A stretch of DNA of 32,000 bases, taken from NCBI GenBank assembly GCA_037444445.1, contig JBBIMK010000001.1, positions 1 through 32,000 of the forward strand. Direction: 5' to 3'. Source of the DNA: a bacterium (lineage in GTDB: Bacteria > UBP7 > UBA6624 > JBBIMK01). The notes under the pieces are model-generated. The model did not search any database and was not told where the DNA came from. It saw only the letters and a list, made by a program, of their open reading frames with translations. This document shows positions 23,203 to 32,000 of the stretch, in pieces. How positions within the stretch are numbered: the stretch's first letter is position 1; each line of letters starts with the position of its first letter. Position numbers and translations under genes: made by a program.

Positions 23203-24045
23203 TTACGGCGGATAAAAAGACTCAAAAACAAACTGTCCATGGGACTCGTGTAAAAAACCAGCCCGAGGAGTTTCATCATGCTCAAAAACCAGAAGCCATT
23301 TTTCTTCCACAATCCTGCGATAAATTTCTTTCCGAACCTGGAGAGTTTGTAAGGGGAACAGGTCATAAGCCATGATATACGGAATAGGGATGTGACGAGT
23401 CGTAGGAATCAGGTCGCCCATAAAAGCCACAATACCTTTAGTGGTATGAAACAGAACGATCTGGTGACCGCGAGTATGTCCAGGGGTTTTTAAGCAGCGA
23501 ATTTGAGGGGTGATGAGCACATCATCTCCTGTAACCCACCGGAGCACTTTCAGTTCCTGTAAAGGCAGGAAGAGTTCGGGGATATAGCTGGCTTTAGAGC
23601 GTTCATTGGGGTTCAGGGCATCCTCCCACTCCTCTTTCTGGACGAAATAGGTGGCCCGGGGGAAGGCGGGTAGCCGACGCCCTCTGGGGTCTAACACCGT
23701 AGACCCGCCACAATGGTCAAAATGTAGATGAGTGAGGAGCACCAGCGTAACATCGTGAACAGAGAATGAAAGGGAAGATAAAGGAGAATTCCAGTGAATA
23801 TCATAGATAGCAAGCATCTTTGGATTGAGGTGAGAACCCACACCATTATCCACCAGGGCAAGAAACCTTTCTCCCTGAACAAACAGAACATTCATACCCA
23901 GCAGGATACGGTTCTTTTCGTCGGCAGGGTAGGTCCGTTCCCATAGAACTTTGGGAACGACTCCGAACATCGCTCCCCCGTCTAAACGGAAGGTGCCGAA
24001 TTGAACATGGTAAAAATCCAGGTCTCCGTATTGAAAATGTCTCAA
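23203..24045 (-). CDS. MBL-fold metallo-hydrolase
   Basis: LTHLHFDHCGG (HxHxDH motif), plus a downstream TPGHTRGH. Confidence 0.85.
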   Translation of the reverse strand: MRHFQYGDLDFYHVQFGTFRLDGGAMFGVVPKVLWERTYPADEKNRILLGMNVLFVQGERFLALVDNGVGSHLNPKMLAIYDIHWNSPLSSLSFSVHDVTLVLLTHLHFDHCGGSTVLDPRGRRLPAFPRATYFVQKEEWEDALNPNERSKASYIPELFLPLQELKVLRWVTGDDVLITPQIRCLKTPGHTRGHQIVLFHTTKGIVAFMGDLIPTTRHIPIPYIMAYDLFPLQTLQVRKEIYRRIVEEKWLLVFEHDETPRAGFLHESHGQFVFESFYPP

Positions 24046-24050
24046 TCTAT

Positions 24051-24989
24051 TTATCCTCCAAATAAGGTATCCACTTGTTTCATCAGGTCACGAACATGCT
24101 GAGCAGAAGTGGACAAGGCGGTCAATTCATCTGGAGACAGGGGGAGTTCCAGGATTTTTTCTACACCCTCTTTTCCCAGTATAATGGGCACGCCGACAAA
24201 AACATCTTTGATTCCGTATTGCCCGTTAAGAAAAGTGCAAGCAGAGAGGAGTCGTTTTTCATCCCAGAGAATGGATTCCACCATTTCTGTGATAGCTACG
24301 CCAGGGGCATAGTAGGCACTACCCGTTTTTAGCAGAGCGACGATTTCTCCTCCGCCCTGACGGGTTCGGTTAATAATGGCATCCAGCCTGTCTCTGGGAA
24401 TCAATTCCGTGGCGGGAATACCACTGACGGCCGCATATCGGACCACAGGAACCATCAAATCTCCATGACTTCCCAGAACAATGGCTTGAACGCAATCAAA
24501 GGAAACGCCCAGTTCCATAGCAATGAAGGCACGGAAGCGAGCCGTGTCCAGAGCACCGGCCATGCCCACGACCCGTGCTGGAGGAAACCCTGTAACCCGA
24601 TAAGCGGTATATACCATAGCGTCCAGAGGATTAGTGACCACGATGACAATAGACTGGGGAGCGAATTCACGGATTTTTTCCGAAACGCCTTTGACGATAT
24701 TAAAATTGGTAATCAAGAGGTCCTCACGGCTCATACCGGGTTTTCGAGCTAACCCGGCAGTCAATACCACCACGTCTGCCCCCTCTATGGCCTGATAATT
24801 ATTGGAGCCCGTCACACGAGATGAAATGCCATAGATAGGGCTGGCTTGCGTCATATCCAGGGCTTTTCCCTGAGGCAATCCCTCAATGATGTCCACCAGA
24901 ACCACATCCGCAATCTGTCGGGTTTGAATTTCACTGGCGGCTTCGGCACCCACATTTCCAGCGCCGATGATTCCCACTTTAAACCTCAC
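24051..24989 (-). CDS. mdh: Malate dehydrogenase (LDH-like MDH)
   Basis: GTG start with an AAGGAGGAG SD. VGIIGAGNVGA, GLARKPGMSREDL (Arg typical of MDH specificity) and GSHGDLMVP. Confidence 0.92.
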   Translation of the reverse strand: MRFKVGIIGAGNVGAEAASEIQTRQIADVVLVDIIEGLPQGKALDMTQASPIYGISSRVTGSNNYQAIEGADVVVLTAGLARKPGMSREDLLITNFNIVKGVSEKIREFAPQSIVIVVTNPLDAMVYTAYRVTGFPPARVVGMAGALDTARFRAFIAMELGVSFDCVQAIVLGSHGDLMVPVVRYAAVSGIPATELIPRDRLDAIINRTRQGGGEIVALLKTGSAYYAPGVAITEMVESILWDEKRLLSACTFLNGQYGIKDVFVGVPIILGKEGVEKILELPLSPDELTALSTSAQHVRDLMKQVDTLFGG

Positions 24990-25022
24990 AGATATCTCCT
25001 CCTTTTAATAGGTTTTTGTCAA

Positions 25023-25031
25023 ATATTATCA
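25023..25031 (-). promoter_or_regulatory. Candidate extended -10 box (TGATAATAT) upstream of mdh
   Basis: The minus strand reads TGATAATAT about 35 nt upstream of GTG 24989. Confidence 0.3.
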
Positions 25032-25079
25032 TTCCTTCTCACCCACCCACTTTAATTTTATCCCTTCTTTACTTTTTTA

Positions 25080-25352
25080 TTAAGTGTGTGTGTTCTCTTT
25101 CTCCGGGGCATCCGTTTTCTGCTGGAGAAAATCAGAGGAAATATCCTTCTCCACAAAACTTGAACCTTCCAGAGTAAGTTCTTTCAGTGTTCCTTCCACC
25201 TGCGACAGTTTTGCTTGACAAAACTGATAGAGCTGAATACCTTCGCGATAGAGACGGAGAGACTCTTCGAGGGGAAGATTTTCCTCCTCCAGTTTACGAA
25301 TCACATTTTCCAGAGACTGAAACGCTTCTTCAAAGGACATCTCGGGGCTCAT
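25080..25352 (-). CDS. xseB: Exodeoxyribonuclease VII small subunit
   Basis: Trimmed to ATG 25352 (GGGAGAG SD). MSPEMSFEEAFQSLENVIRKLEEENLPLEESLRLYREGIQLYQFCQAKL is a typical XseB sequence. It overlaps the xseA 3' end. Confidence 0.85.
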   Translation of the reverse strand: MSPEMSFEEAFQSLENVIRKLEEENLPLEESLRLYREGIQLYQFCQAKLSQVEGTLKELTLEGSSFVEKDISSDFLQQKTDAPEKENTHT

Positions 25353-26556
25353 TTTCTCTCTCCCTTTTTTGCAGGATTTTCGTGGCCAACACACCATCTC
25401 GCAAGGTTACATCCAGTAAATCACCCGCGGAGACTTCATAAATGGAGCGAACAAGATTGCCCTCCGGTTTCATCACGATGGCATAACCACGCTCTAAAAC
25501 ATTATAAGGACTTAGAGAAGACAACAGAAGTCGTAAATGTTTCAAAGTTTCATTTTTCTTATTGAGAAAACGGTGAAAAGAGTTGTTCAAGCGAGAGTAA
25601 GCATCATCTAACTGCTGAGCCAGTCGCTGAATTCTTCTCAGGGGATAAAGGAAAGAAGGGGAGGCAGTAAGATACTGAATGCTTTTTTGGGCGGAGGTAA
25701 TGCGATGACGAACCTGACGCAGAAGTCGGGAATGAGAAGAGTTCAACCGATGATGCCAGGATTTGGCATCCGGAACCACCCGTTGGGCGGCACCGGAAGG
25801 AGTCGGTGCCACCCCATCCGCGACCAGGTCAGCGATAGTCGTATCCACTTCATGCCCAATCCCTGTGACAACAGGGAGAGAGGAAGAAGCGATGGAGCGA
25901 GCCAGAGCCTCATCGTTGAACCCCCACAGGTCTTCCAGCGAGCCACCACCTCGCACTATGAGAATGACTTCCACTTTCCCATAAGCGTTTAGCCAGTGAA
26001 GGGCCCGAATGATGGAAGCGGAGGTTTCTTCACCCTGAACGGTGGCAGAAACCAGGAGGAAGTGCGCGCCTGGCCATCGTCCCCACCCTACTCTCAGGAC
26101 ATCTCTTAACACGGAACTTCTCGGGGAAGTGATAACGCCAATTCTCCCGGGGAAGAGGGGAATTTTTTTCCTGGCTCTCGTGAGAATGCCTTCTTTCTCC
26201 AGTTTTTCTTTAATTCGTAAAAATTCTTCTTGCAACCCACCCGTTTTGAGTGGTTGGGTGATTTGTTCCACATAGAATTGATACATCCCCCTCCTGGGGA
26301 AAATATCCACACGCCCAAAGGCTTGGATACAGGTTCCAGTTTTTGGAAAGTTCCCGTTGCACCGAGACACCCCATCAAAAAAAACAGCCTGGATGGAGGA
26401 ATGGGCATCTGTCAGAGTAAAATAAATATGGCCGGATGGATGGATATGTAGATTGGTCACTTCGCCTTCCACCCACGCACCCTGAAGAATAGGATTAAAT
26501 TGGAGAGTTTGCTGGAGTATGGAAGTGATTTCAGAAACGCTATATACTTTCATCAT
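25330..26556 (-). CDS. xseA: Exodeoxyribonuclease VII large subunit
   Basis: 408 aa. OB-fold N-terminus (VWVEGEVTNLHIHPSGHIYFTLTD), RIGVITSP, RGGGSLEDLWGFNDE and TGIGHEVDTTIADLVAD. Confidence 0.9.
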   Translation of the reverse strand: MMKVYSVSEITSILQQTLQFNPILQGAWVEGEVTNLHIHPSGHIYFTLTDAHSSIQAVFFDGVSRCNGNFPKTGTCIQAFGRVDIFPRRGMYQFYVEQITQPLKTGGLQEEFLRIKEKLEKEGILTRARKKIPLFPGRIGVITSPRSSVLRDVLRVGWGRWPGAHFLLVSATVQGEETSASIIRALHWLNAYGKVEVILIVRGGGSLEDLWGFNDEALARSIASSSLPVVTGIGHEVDTTIADLVADGVAPTPSGAAQRVVPDAKSWHHRLNSSHSRLLRQVRHRITSAQKSIQYLTASPSFLYPLRRIQRLAQQLDDAYSRLNNSFHRFLNKKNETLKHLRLLLSSLSPYNVLERGYAIVMKPEGNLVRSIYEVSAGDLLDVTLRDGVLATKILQKRERENEPRDVL

Positions 26557-27261
26557 TCAGGCCAGTTCTCGTCTGCGGAACTTCATAAAAGCAAAAACCA
26601 GGAAAAGTAAAGCATAGATATACCCCAGAATCACTGGAAAAATCACCTCTTTTGACGGGCTACCCACAGATGCGGAGAAACGCCACGCACCTGGATAATA
26701 CATTAACCAGAGAGACCAGAATCCGGGTGGAAGGAAGCGGGGCAGGAAACTGAGGAAAAGAAGAACTGTCAAGAAAATGAGAGTTTGTAGAGTATATTTT
26801 TCCACACTCAGAAATAAAGCCAGGGAGAGAAATGCAAGGGAAATAGAAAAGTTCAACCCCATCAGGGTGATAAAGGAAAATATCCCATCGCCTTTCCGAT
26901 ACAAATAATCCACCGCCATCAATTCAGAAAGCGGAAGGAAAAAAAGAGTCAGCAACATAGCCACACCTCCCAGATATTTACCGAAAAGGTATTCATCTCT
27001 GGAAAGGGGTTTAGAAAGAAAATAATAAAAACTTCCATCTGCCGCATCGGTTGCCAGAAGGTGAGAGCCGATGTAAATGGCGAGGAAATCCAGTCCGGTT
27101 GAAGCCATCAGACTGGGGGTAGAAGGATATTGACCCGGTAAAAGAGTGGGGAAGCAGAAAAGCAGAATCAAAACTAAAATGCCTGAGAGCAGGTAGAGCA
27201 AGGTCTTATCTGTTTTCAACTTTCTATAAGAAAACTGAGCAATTGCTAACAGGAGCGTCAT
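26557..27261 (-). CDS. ABC-2-type permease-like membrane protein
   Basis: 234 aa with about 6 hydrophobic helices. The start overlaps the upstream ATPase-like gene stop (ATGA). Confidence 0.55.
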   Translation of the reverse strand: MTLLLAIAQFSYRKLKTDKTLLYLLSGILVLILLFCFPTLLPGQYPSTPSLMASTGLDFLAIYIGSHLLATDAADGSFYYFLSKPLSRDEYLFGKYLGGVAMLLTLFFLPLSELMAVDYLYRKGDGIFSFITLMGLNFSISLAFLSLALFLSVEKYTLQTLIFLTVLLFLSFLPRFLPPGFWSLWLMYYPGAWRFSASVGSPSKEVIFPVILGYIYALLFLVFAFMKFRRRELA

Positions 27262-28142
27262 ACCTGAAGCAGGTCGCGGATGCGGAAGCGCTGTCTATCT
27301 ACAGAGAGGATGATGCCACCACTTTCCAGAATTACTTTTTCCAGACGTGACCAGGAAGAAGCTAAAATTTCAAGACGACATCGGTCGGAGAGATTTTCAA
27401 CGGAAATTACGCCATCGGAATGGAGAAGGTCTTCCGAGATTCCATCCACTTCCACCAGCAGAGTTTCTTCCTCACGGTTCAAGTCAGCGAGTTCCCCCTC
27501 ACCTAGGGCTTTTCCTTTATAGAAAAAATACATGTAAGGATGAAAGAGAGTTTCAATCAAACCCACGCCCGTAGAGAGCAAGAGCACTCCTCCCTGATGT
27601 TTCACCACCTCTATCAAGAGGTCATTGATGAGAGGAGCCGTATTCTCATCCACCTGTTCTGAAATATCTTCATAGATCACCAGTTCGGGAGAAGGAAGCA
27701 GTGAAGCGGCGATGTAAGTGAGATTCAACAATGAGGCAGGAAGTTTCTCCAGAAGTTTGTGACGGTGAGGATACAGGTGGACTTCTTGGAGAAAAGAGTG
27801 TAATCGGCTTTGAGGGAGAGAAAAACGGTTTAGATAGGCATGTAATAGGAAGAATTCCCGAATCGTGATACCAGGGGGTGGCAGGAAGTTTTTCGGCACA
27901 TAGGCGATTTTTTTCTTCTTTTCCATGTCCAATCCGATACTTCCCAGAATCCGAATTTTTCCGCCCGTCGCAGTGGCAAGGCCAAAGAGAAGGGGAGGAA
28001 TAGTCCAGATGCCCGATGAAGGATGCCCCAGCACGCACACAAATTCACCGGCGCTCACACGAAAGGTTGCTCCCCGCAATACCCCTTTTTTCCCCAGCGG
28101 TGGCCATCGCTTGACATCCTTGAATTCCAATAATATCCGCAT
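27258..28142 (-). CDS. ABC-ATPase-like protein with degenerate nucleotide-binding motifs
   Basis: ABC-like layout (FRVSAGEFVCVLGHPSSGIWT ... LVIYEDISEQVD ...), but Walker A lacks GK[ST] and the LSGGQ signature is replaced by LPASLLN. Confidence 0.6.
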   Translation of the reverse strand: MRILLEFKDVKRWPPLGKKGVLRGATFRVSAGEFVCVLGHPSSGIWTIPPLLFGLATATGGKIRILGSIGLDMEKKKKIAYVPKNFLPPPGITIREFFLLHAYLNRFSLPQSRLHSFLQEVHLYPHRHKLLEKLPASLLNLTYIAASLLPSPELVIYEDISEQVDENTAPLINDLLIEVVKHQGGVLLLSTGVGLIETLFHPYMYFFYKGKALGEGELADLNREEETLLVEVDGISEDLLHSDGVISVENLSDRCRLEILASSWSRLEKVILESGGIILSVDRQRFRIRDLLQV

Positions 28143-28228
28143 TCCCAGTTTATTTTACCACGAGTTTTCTTTTTCAGACTGGTTTACCCCGGCACTTTAT
28201 CAAAAAGAGGAAAATCTGACGAGAAAAT

Positions 28229-29686
28229 CTATGGATAAATTTTTGAGGAATTCATCATAATAGAAGCAGAGTAACGGCACAAAGACACATTCGTCACGGT
28301 GATAGCACCTTCCTGATGGCCTTTACCTCCGAACAAACGGGAAGGTTGAATCAAGAAGCCTGAGAAGATTACAGGAGGTTGAAGCAGAAGTCTTTTACCA
28401 TTTTCATCCACAGGATAGATAGGCGCTACAATATCTTTTTCCCCCTCCCAGGTTATCCTGCCGAGGACCTGTTGAAAAAGTTTACCTTTCGCATCCGTTA
28501 GTTCCACACCCATAAGTAAGCCATCTTGATGTGCGGAAACCCTTGCCTGTAAGCAATTGAAATCTATGCCAGGAACAAGATTCTGGATGCTTACTCCCAC
28601 CGGGAAATGTAAACCCGTTTCAAAATCTGGAAAATCCTCTGACCGATATGGAATGACCCAGGCTCCGGCAGAGGAGGCAAGAGTGAAGACGGTTCGGAGC
28701 GATTCGGTGATACGAACAGTCTCTTTCCGGCGTAAGGATTGTGCCATTTCCTGAAAAGCAAAAAATGCGAGTTTAGGCTGATAACTCCACTGGATGAGCC
28801 CAAAATGAGATTCCAGAGAAGCAGGGTCTTCCCCATCATCCCGGAAATCATACCAGAAAATTTTTGAAATACGGTTGTACAGTAAGCGGGCAATTGACTG
28901 TTGCAAGAAATTTGCCTGGTCGTCTTCAGAAACACCATCCGCCTGAGGGGCTGTGCTCCAGCCAATTTCTGTGACCCAGAGTTCCTTGTTTGTGGCCTCC
29001 GTTTGTATGTCAGTGAGATTCTCTTCTTCTACGCCATAAAAGGGGAGAGGGAAAGTATACGGGTGAACGGCAACGATGTCCACCGCTTCTAAACCGCCTG
29101 CCCGGGCGAATGCGCGAAAATAAAGGGCATCAGAAGTCGCCAGGCCTGCCATGACTACCCGGGCATCGGGCATTTTATCCTTCACAGACGGATAGAGCGT
29201 TCTCAAAAGTGAAGCATACGAAAAGGGGTCAGGAGCACGCCCCCAAAAACGGGCGGTATTCACTTCATTGAGAATTTGAAAATAATGCGTATAAGGATAA
29301 AATTCCCTCATCGCACGAAGAAGGAACTCACTCTCCAGGCCTTTAGATTCTTGAAGCCACTCCGGGACATCGGTAAACACGATGAGAGGGTAGAGCCCAT
29401 TTTTACGGAGAAACTTGAAAGCAAAAATGTACCGGTCAGTACTCCACTCAGAGGGCCGGGGTGCTATATCTCGCAGGCTTACTTCTTCCCTGACCCAGCG
29501 AACTTTTAGTTCCTTAACGCGCTTGAGTGCGTCGGGATATTCAGAAGGAGAATACCGCCTCGTCAGAAAAAGATTCACACCCAGTTTCTCGCCTTCTATC
29601 CGAATACAGAAGGTTGAACTAAAACAAAATATGGAAAGAACGATAATCATAGACTTCTGCCTGATTTTTTTCAACGCCTTCACCAT
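28229..29686 (-). CDS. Secreted clan GH-A-like glycoside hydrolase
   Basis: N-terminal signal-like segment KKIRQKSMIIVLSIFCFSSTFC. FQILNEVN is a candidate acid/base NE and WVTEIGWST a candidate nucleophile TE. Confidence 0.65.
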   Translation of the reverse strand: MVKALKKIRQKSMIIVLSIFCFSSTFCIRIEGEKLGVNLFLTRRYSPSEYPDALKRVKELKVRWVREEVSLRDIAPRPSEWSTDRYIFAFKFLRKNGLYPLIVFTDVPEWLQESKGLESEFLLRAMREFYPYTHYFQILNEVNTARFWGRAPDPFSYASLLRTLYPSVKDKMPDARVVMAGLATSDALYFRAFARAGGLEAVDIVAVHPYTFPLPFYGVEEENLTDIQTEATNKELWVTEIGWSTAPQADGVSEDDQANFLQQSIARLLYNRISKIFWYDFRDDGEDPASLESHFGLIQWSYQPKLAFFAFQEMAQSLRRKETVRITESLRTVFTLASSAGAWVIPYRSEDFPDFETGLHFPVGVSIQNLVPGIDFNCLQARVSAHQDGLLMGVELTDAKGKLFQQVLGRITWEGEKDIVAPIYPVDENGKRLLLQPPVIFSGFLIQPSRLFGGKGHQEGAITVTNVSLCRYSASIMMNSSKIYP

Positions 29687-29819
29687 CTCATTTTATGCTC
29701 CGCAACTGGATTGTGCAATGCCTCAGGAAGAGAAAAGCCCTCGGGAGAGGATTGAGAACGCTAACGGATTTGCTTTTACAGATTTTGTGGTAAAATAATA
29801 GTGTTAGAGGTGGAGAAAG

Positions 29820-30053
29820 GTGAAAAAAGGTATCCATCCTGATTATTATGAAAATGCGATAGTGATTTGCAGTTGTGGGAATACCTTTACCACAGGTTCT
29901 ACCAAACCAGAAATCCATGTGGAAATTTGCTCCAATTGTCATCCCTATTACACTGGGAAGCGAAAAATCATAGATACGGCAGGCCGAGTAGAAAGATTCC
30001 ACAGAAAGTTTGGGAAAGATTACCGAACTTTCCTCGAAGAAAATCAGGGATAA
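29820..30053 (+). CDS. rpmE: 50S ribosomal protein L31 (Zn-ribbon type)
   Basis: GTG start after [37 protein letters not shown]...[11 protein letters not shown]. Confidence 0.95.
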   Translation: MKKGIHPDYYENAIVICSCGNTFTTGSTKPEIHVEICSNCHPYYTGKRKIIDTAGRVERFHRKFGKDYRTFLEENQG

Positions 30054-31134
30054 CTGGATTCGTTCCATCGTGAAACTGCTGGAGAAACTGAAAGAGATAG
30101 AAAAAGAATATAGGGATATAGAAGAAGAGTTAAGCAAAGCGGGAAGTATTTCCGATATTCAACGGATGAAGGAACTGGGGCGGCGAAAGAAGGAACTTGC
30201 TCTCATCGTGGACGATTTCTCCCGGTACCAAAATGTTATGAAAGCCATCCAGGAGTGGAGGGAACTGGAGCAGGGTGAAAAAGACCCTCATTCTTTAGAA
30301 AGCATCCGCCGCGAGATTCAGAAGCTGGAAGAGGAAAAAGAATTTATATTACACACCTTGCATAAAAAACTGGTAGAAAATGTGGAGGAAGAAATACAGA
30401 AAGTGATTCTGGAGATTCGCGCTGGAACAGGCGGGGAAGAAGCTGCGCTGTTTGCCGCAGACTTATTTCGGATGTATCAAAAATATGCGGAAAAGAAAAA
30501 ATGGAAGATAGAAATCCTGGACGCTCATCTCTCTGACCGGAGTGGATTTAAGGAAATTATCTGTGAAATCCGAGGGAGGGGAGTTTTTCGGCGATTGCAG
30601 TTTGAAAGTGGAACCCACCGGGTTCAACGGGTACCTGAGACGGAATCCGGGGGACGGATTCACACTTCAGCGGCCACGGTGGCTGTTCTGCCCGAACCGG
30701 ATGAAGTGGAGATACAGATTCACCCCCGGGATATAGAAATAGAAACCTCCCGTGCCGGTGGCCCGGGCGGTCAGTATGTGAACAAGGTTGAATCCGCTGT
30801 TCGGATTCGGCACATTCCCACAGGATTAGTGGTGCAATGTCGGGAGGAACGCTCTCAGTGGCAAAATCGCGAGAAAGCCTTACGATTACTCCGCACCCGT
30901 CTTTATCAATTAGAGCTGGAAAAGCAACAATTAGAAATCGCCCGGGCTCGTAAAAAACAGGTGGGAACGGGCGACCGCAGTGAGAAGATACGAACTTATA
31001 ACTATCCGCAAAATCGTGTTACAGACCACCGCTCAGGCTTCACCCTTCACCGCCTACAGGATGTGCTGGATGGAAACCTGGACGCATTGGTGGATTCGGT
31101 AGCCATCTTAGAAAAAGCGAAAGTAGCAGAATAA
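30010..31134 (+). CDS. prfA: Peptide chain release factor 1
   Basis: [25 protein letters not shown] (GGQ), [24 protein letters not shown] (PxT tripeptide region) and [11 protein letters not shown]. The start is uncertain: TTG 30010 overlaps rpmE by 44 nt, and GTG 30070 is the alternative. Confidence 0.95.
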   Translation: MGKITELSSKKIRDNWIRSIVKLLEKLKEIEKEYRDIEEELSKAGSISDIQRMKELGRRKKELALIVDDFSRYQNVMKAIQEWRELEQGEKDPHSLESIRREIQKLEEEKEFILHTLHKKLVENVEEEIQKVILEIRAGTGGEEAALFAADLFRMYQKYAEKKKWKIEILDAHLSDRSGFKEIICEIRGRGVFRRLQFESGTHRVQRVPETESGGRIHTSAATVAVLPEPDEVEIQIHPRDIEIETSRAGGPGGQYVNKVESAVRIRHIPTGLVVQCREERSQWQNREKALRLLRTRLYQLELEKQQLEIARARKKQVGTGDRSEKIRTYNYPQNRVTDHRSGFTLHRLQDVLDGNLDALVDSVAILEKAKVAE

Positions 31135-31154
31135 TTCTTTTCGGTGGCTCTATT

Positions 31155-32000
31155 ATGAGGCAGATTCTTACATCAAAGGAAAGTAAAGAAAATGCACCTG
31201 TTATGGGATGTGAATGGCATATTTCCGAATCTGAGGCAGGGAGGCGGCTGGATATTTTTTTGAGAAAAACACTTCCTCATTTGCCTCTTTCCCGGATTTA
31301 CTCGGCTATCCGAAAGAAGGTTGTACGAGTTAACCATCTTCCTTCATCTCCGAATTACCGATTATGTGGAGGAGACCTGGTAAAATGGATAGATTCCATT
31401 CCAGCCGCTACGACGAGTCAAATGCGATTCAAAGAAAAGGCGAAGATATACAAAAAATGCCCTTTTCCTGTTCTTTACCAGGACCAATGGCTGGTTGCCA
31501 TTGATAAACCTCCGGGAATCGCCGTGCACAAGGGAACCCCTCCAGGACATAGAAAGGTTCATAACTCAAATTTGCTGAGTATTGTGAGGGAAATTTATGA
31601 TAGTCAAGAATACTCTTATTCCCCCTCGCCTGTTCATCGCCTGGACAAAAGAACCTCTGGAATCGTAATATTTGCGAGAACTTTGCAGGCTCACCGTGCC
31701 CTCGCCCAGCAGTGGCGAGAAGGCAAAATACAAAAAGTGTATTATGCAGTCGTGTCAGGAACACCAGAAACGCCGGAAGGGGTTGTGGATAAACCCCTGC
31801 TTATCCGGGAAAACTCAGAGGGTGAAAAAGTTCAACTCGCGGAAGGCGGGAAAAGAGCCATCACCGAGTATAAAAGTAAGAAAAAACTAACCCATTGCCT
31901 CGGCGTAGCCGGAAACTTCACCCTGCTGGAAATACGCACTCATACAGGACGAACGCATCAAATCCGAGTTCACATGGCTTACCTGGGCACTCCTCTGGTC
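31155..32000 (+). CDS. RluA-family pseudouridine synthase with an N-terminal S4-like domain; 3' end outside the window
   Basis: My own translation from ATG 31155 is open to the window end: ...RLDIFLRK...LVAIDKPPGIAVH...VHRLDKRTSGIVIFART...THTGRTHQIRVHMAYLG. It is absent from the ORF track because no stop lies in the window. Confidence 0.85.
   Translation, partial: MRQILTSKESKENAPVMGCEWHISESEAGRRLDIFLRKTLPHLPLSRIYSAIRKKVVRVNHLPSSPNYRLCGGDLVKWIDSIPAATTSQMRFKEKAKIYKKCPFPVLYQDQWLVAIDKPPGIAVHKGTPPGHRKVHNSNLLSIVREIYDSQEYSYSPSPVHRLDKRTSGIVIFARTLQAHRALAQQWREGKIQKVYYAVVSGTPETPEGVVDKPLLIRENSEGEKVQLAEGGKRAITEYKSKKKLTHCLGVAGNFTLLEIRTHTGRTHQIRVHMAYLGTPLV

Noticed and set aside
29688-30137. 149-aa minus-strand ORF overlapping rpmE and the prfA 5' end
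   Set aside because: It lies antisense to two highly conserved genes (L31, RF1) and has low-complexity Ser/Phe/Ile-rich content. It is a shadow ORF.
1-32000. cas1, cas2, csm6/csx1, transposases, integrases, tRNA or rRNA genes
   Set aside because: I looked for their hallmark motifs in the translated ORFs and for structured RNA-like intergenic regions. None were found, and all intergenic gaps are 135 bp or shorter.

Overview
This is a 32-kb, tightly packed bacterial chromosomal segment with many 4-nt start/stop overlaps. The lineage cannot be identified from the sequence alone. The left 8.3 kb is a single minus-strand gene train: PF05635-like four-helix-bundle gene, truD, cas6, a 38-bp repeat / 37-bp spacer / 38-bp repeat unit, an MNT-type nucleotidyltransferase, then cas10, csm2, csm3, csm4 and csm5 (cut by the left edge). 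This is a type III-A-like (Csm) CRISPR-Cas effector module. Within the window there is no cas1/cas2, no CARF/SAVED/HEPN ancillary effector and no multi-spacer array. The most interesting signal is the perfect two-repeat, one-spacer unit inside the operon between cas6 and MNT-cas10. Each repeat carries a perfect extended -10 box (TGATATAAT) on the cas coding strand and a G-quadruplex motif on the other strand, and the 'spacer' is itself an 8-bp hairpin. It could be a CreA/CreR-like regulatory mini-array or a duplicated promoter cassette. An orphan MNT nucleotidyltransferase translationally coupled to cas10, and a TruD pseudouridine synthase coupled to cas6, are further unusual associations. The remaining 24 kb looks like ordinary housekeeping: yjbQ, acyl-CoA ligase, glycosyltransferase, asnB, ADP-forming acetyl-CoA synthetase, a radical SAM enzyme, a molybdenum cofactor cluster (moaC-mog, moaD, moaA, mobA), a futalosine-pathway gene, a sigma-region-4/HARE-HTH repeat protein, an MBL hydrolase, mdh, xseBA, an ABC-like pair, a clan GH-A glycosidase, rpmE, prfA and a partial RluA-family gene. 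No rRNA, tRNA or transposase genes were recognised.
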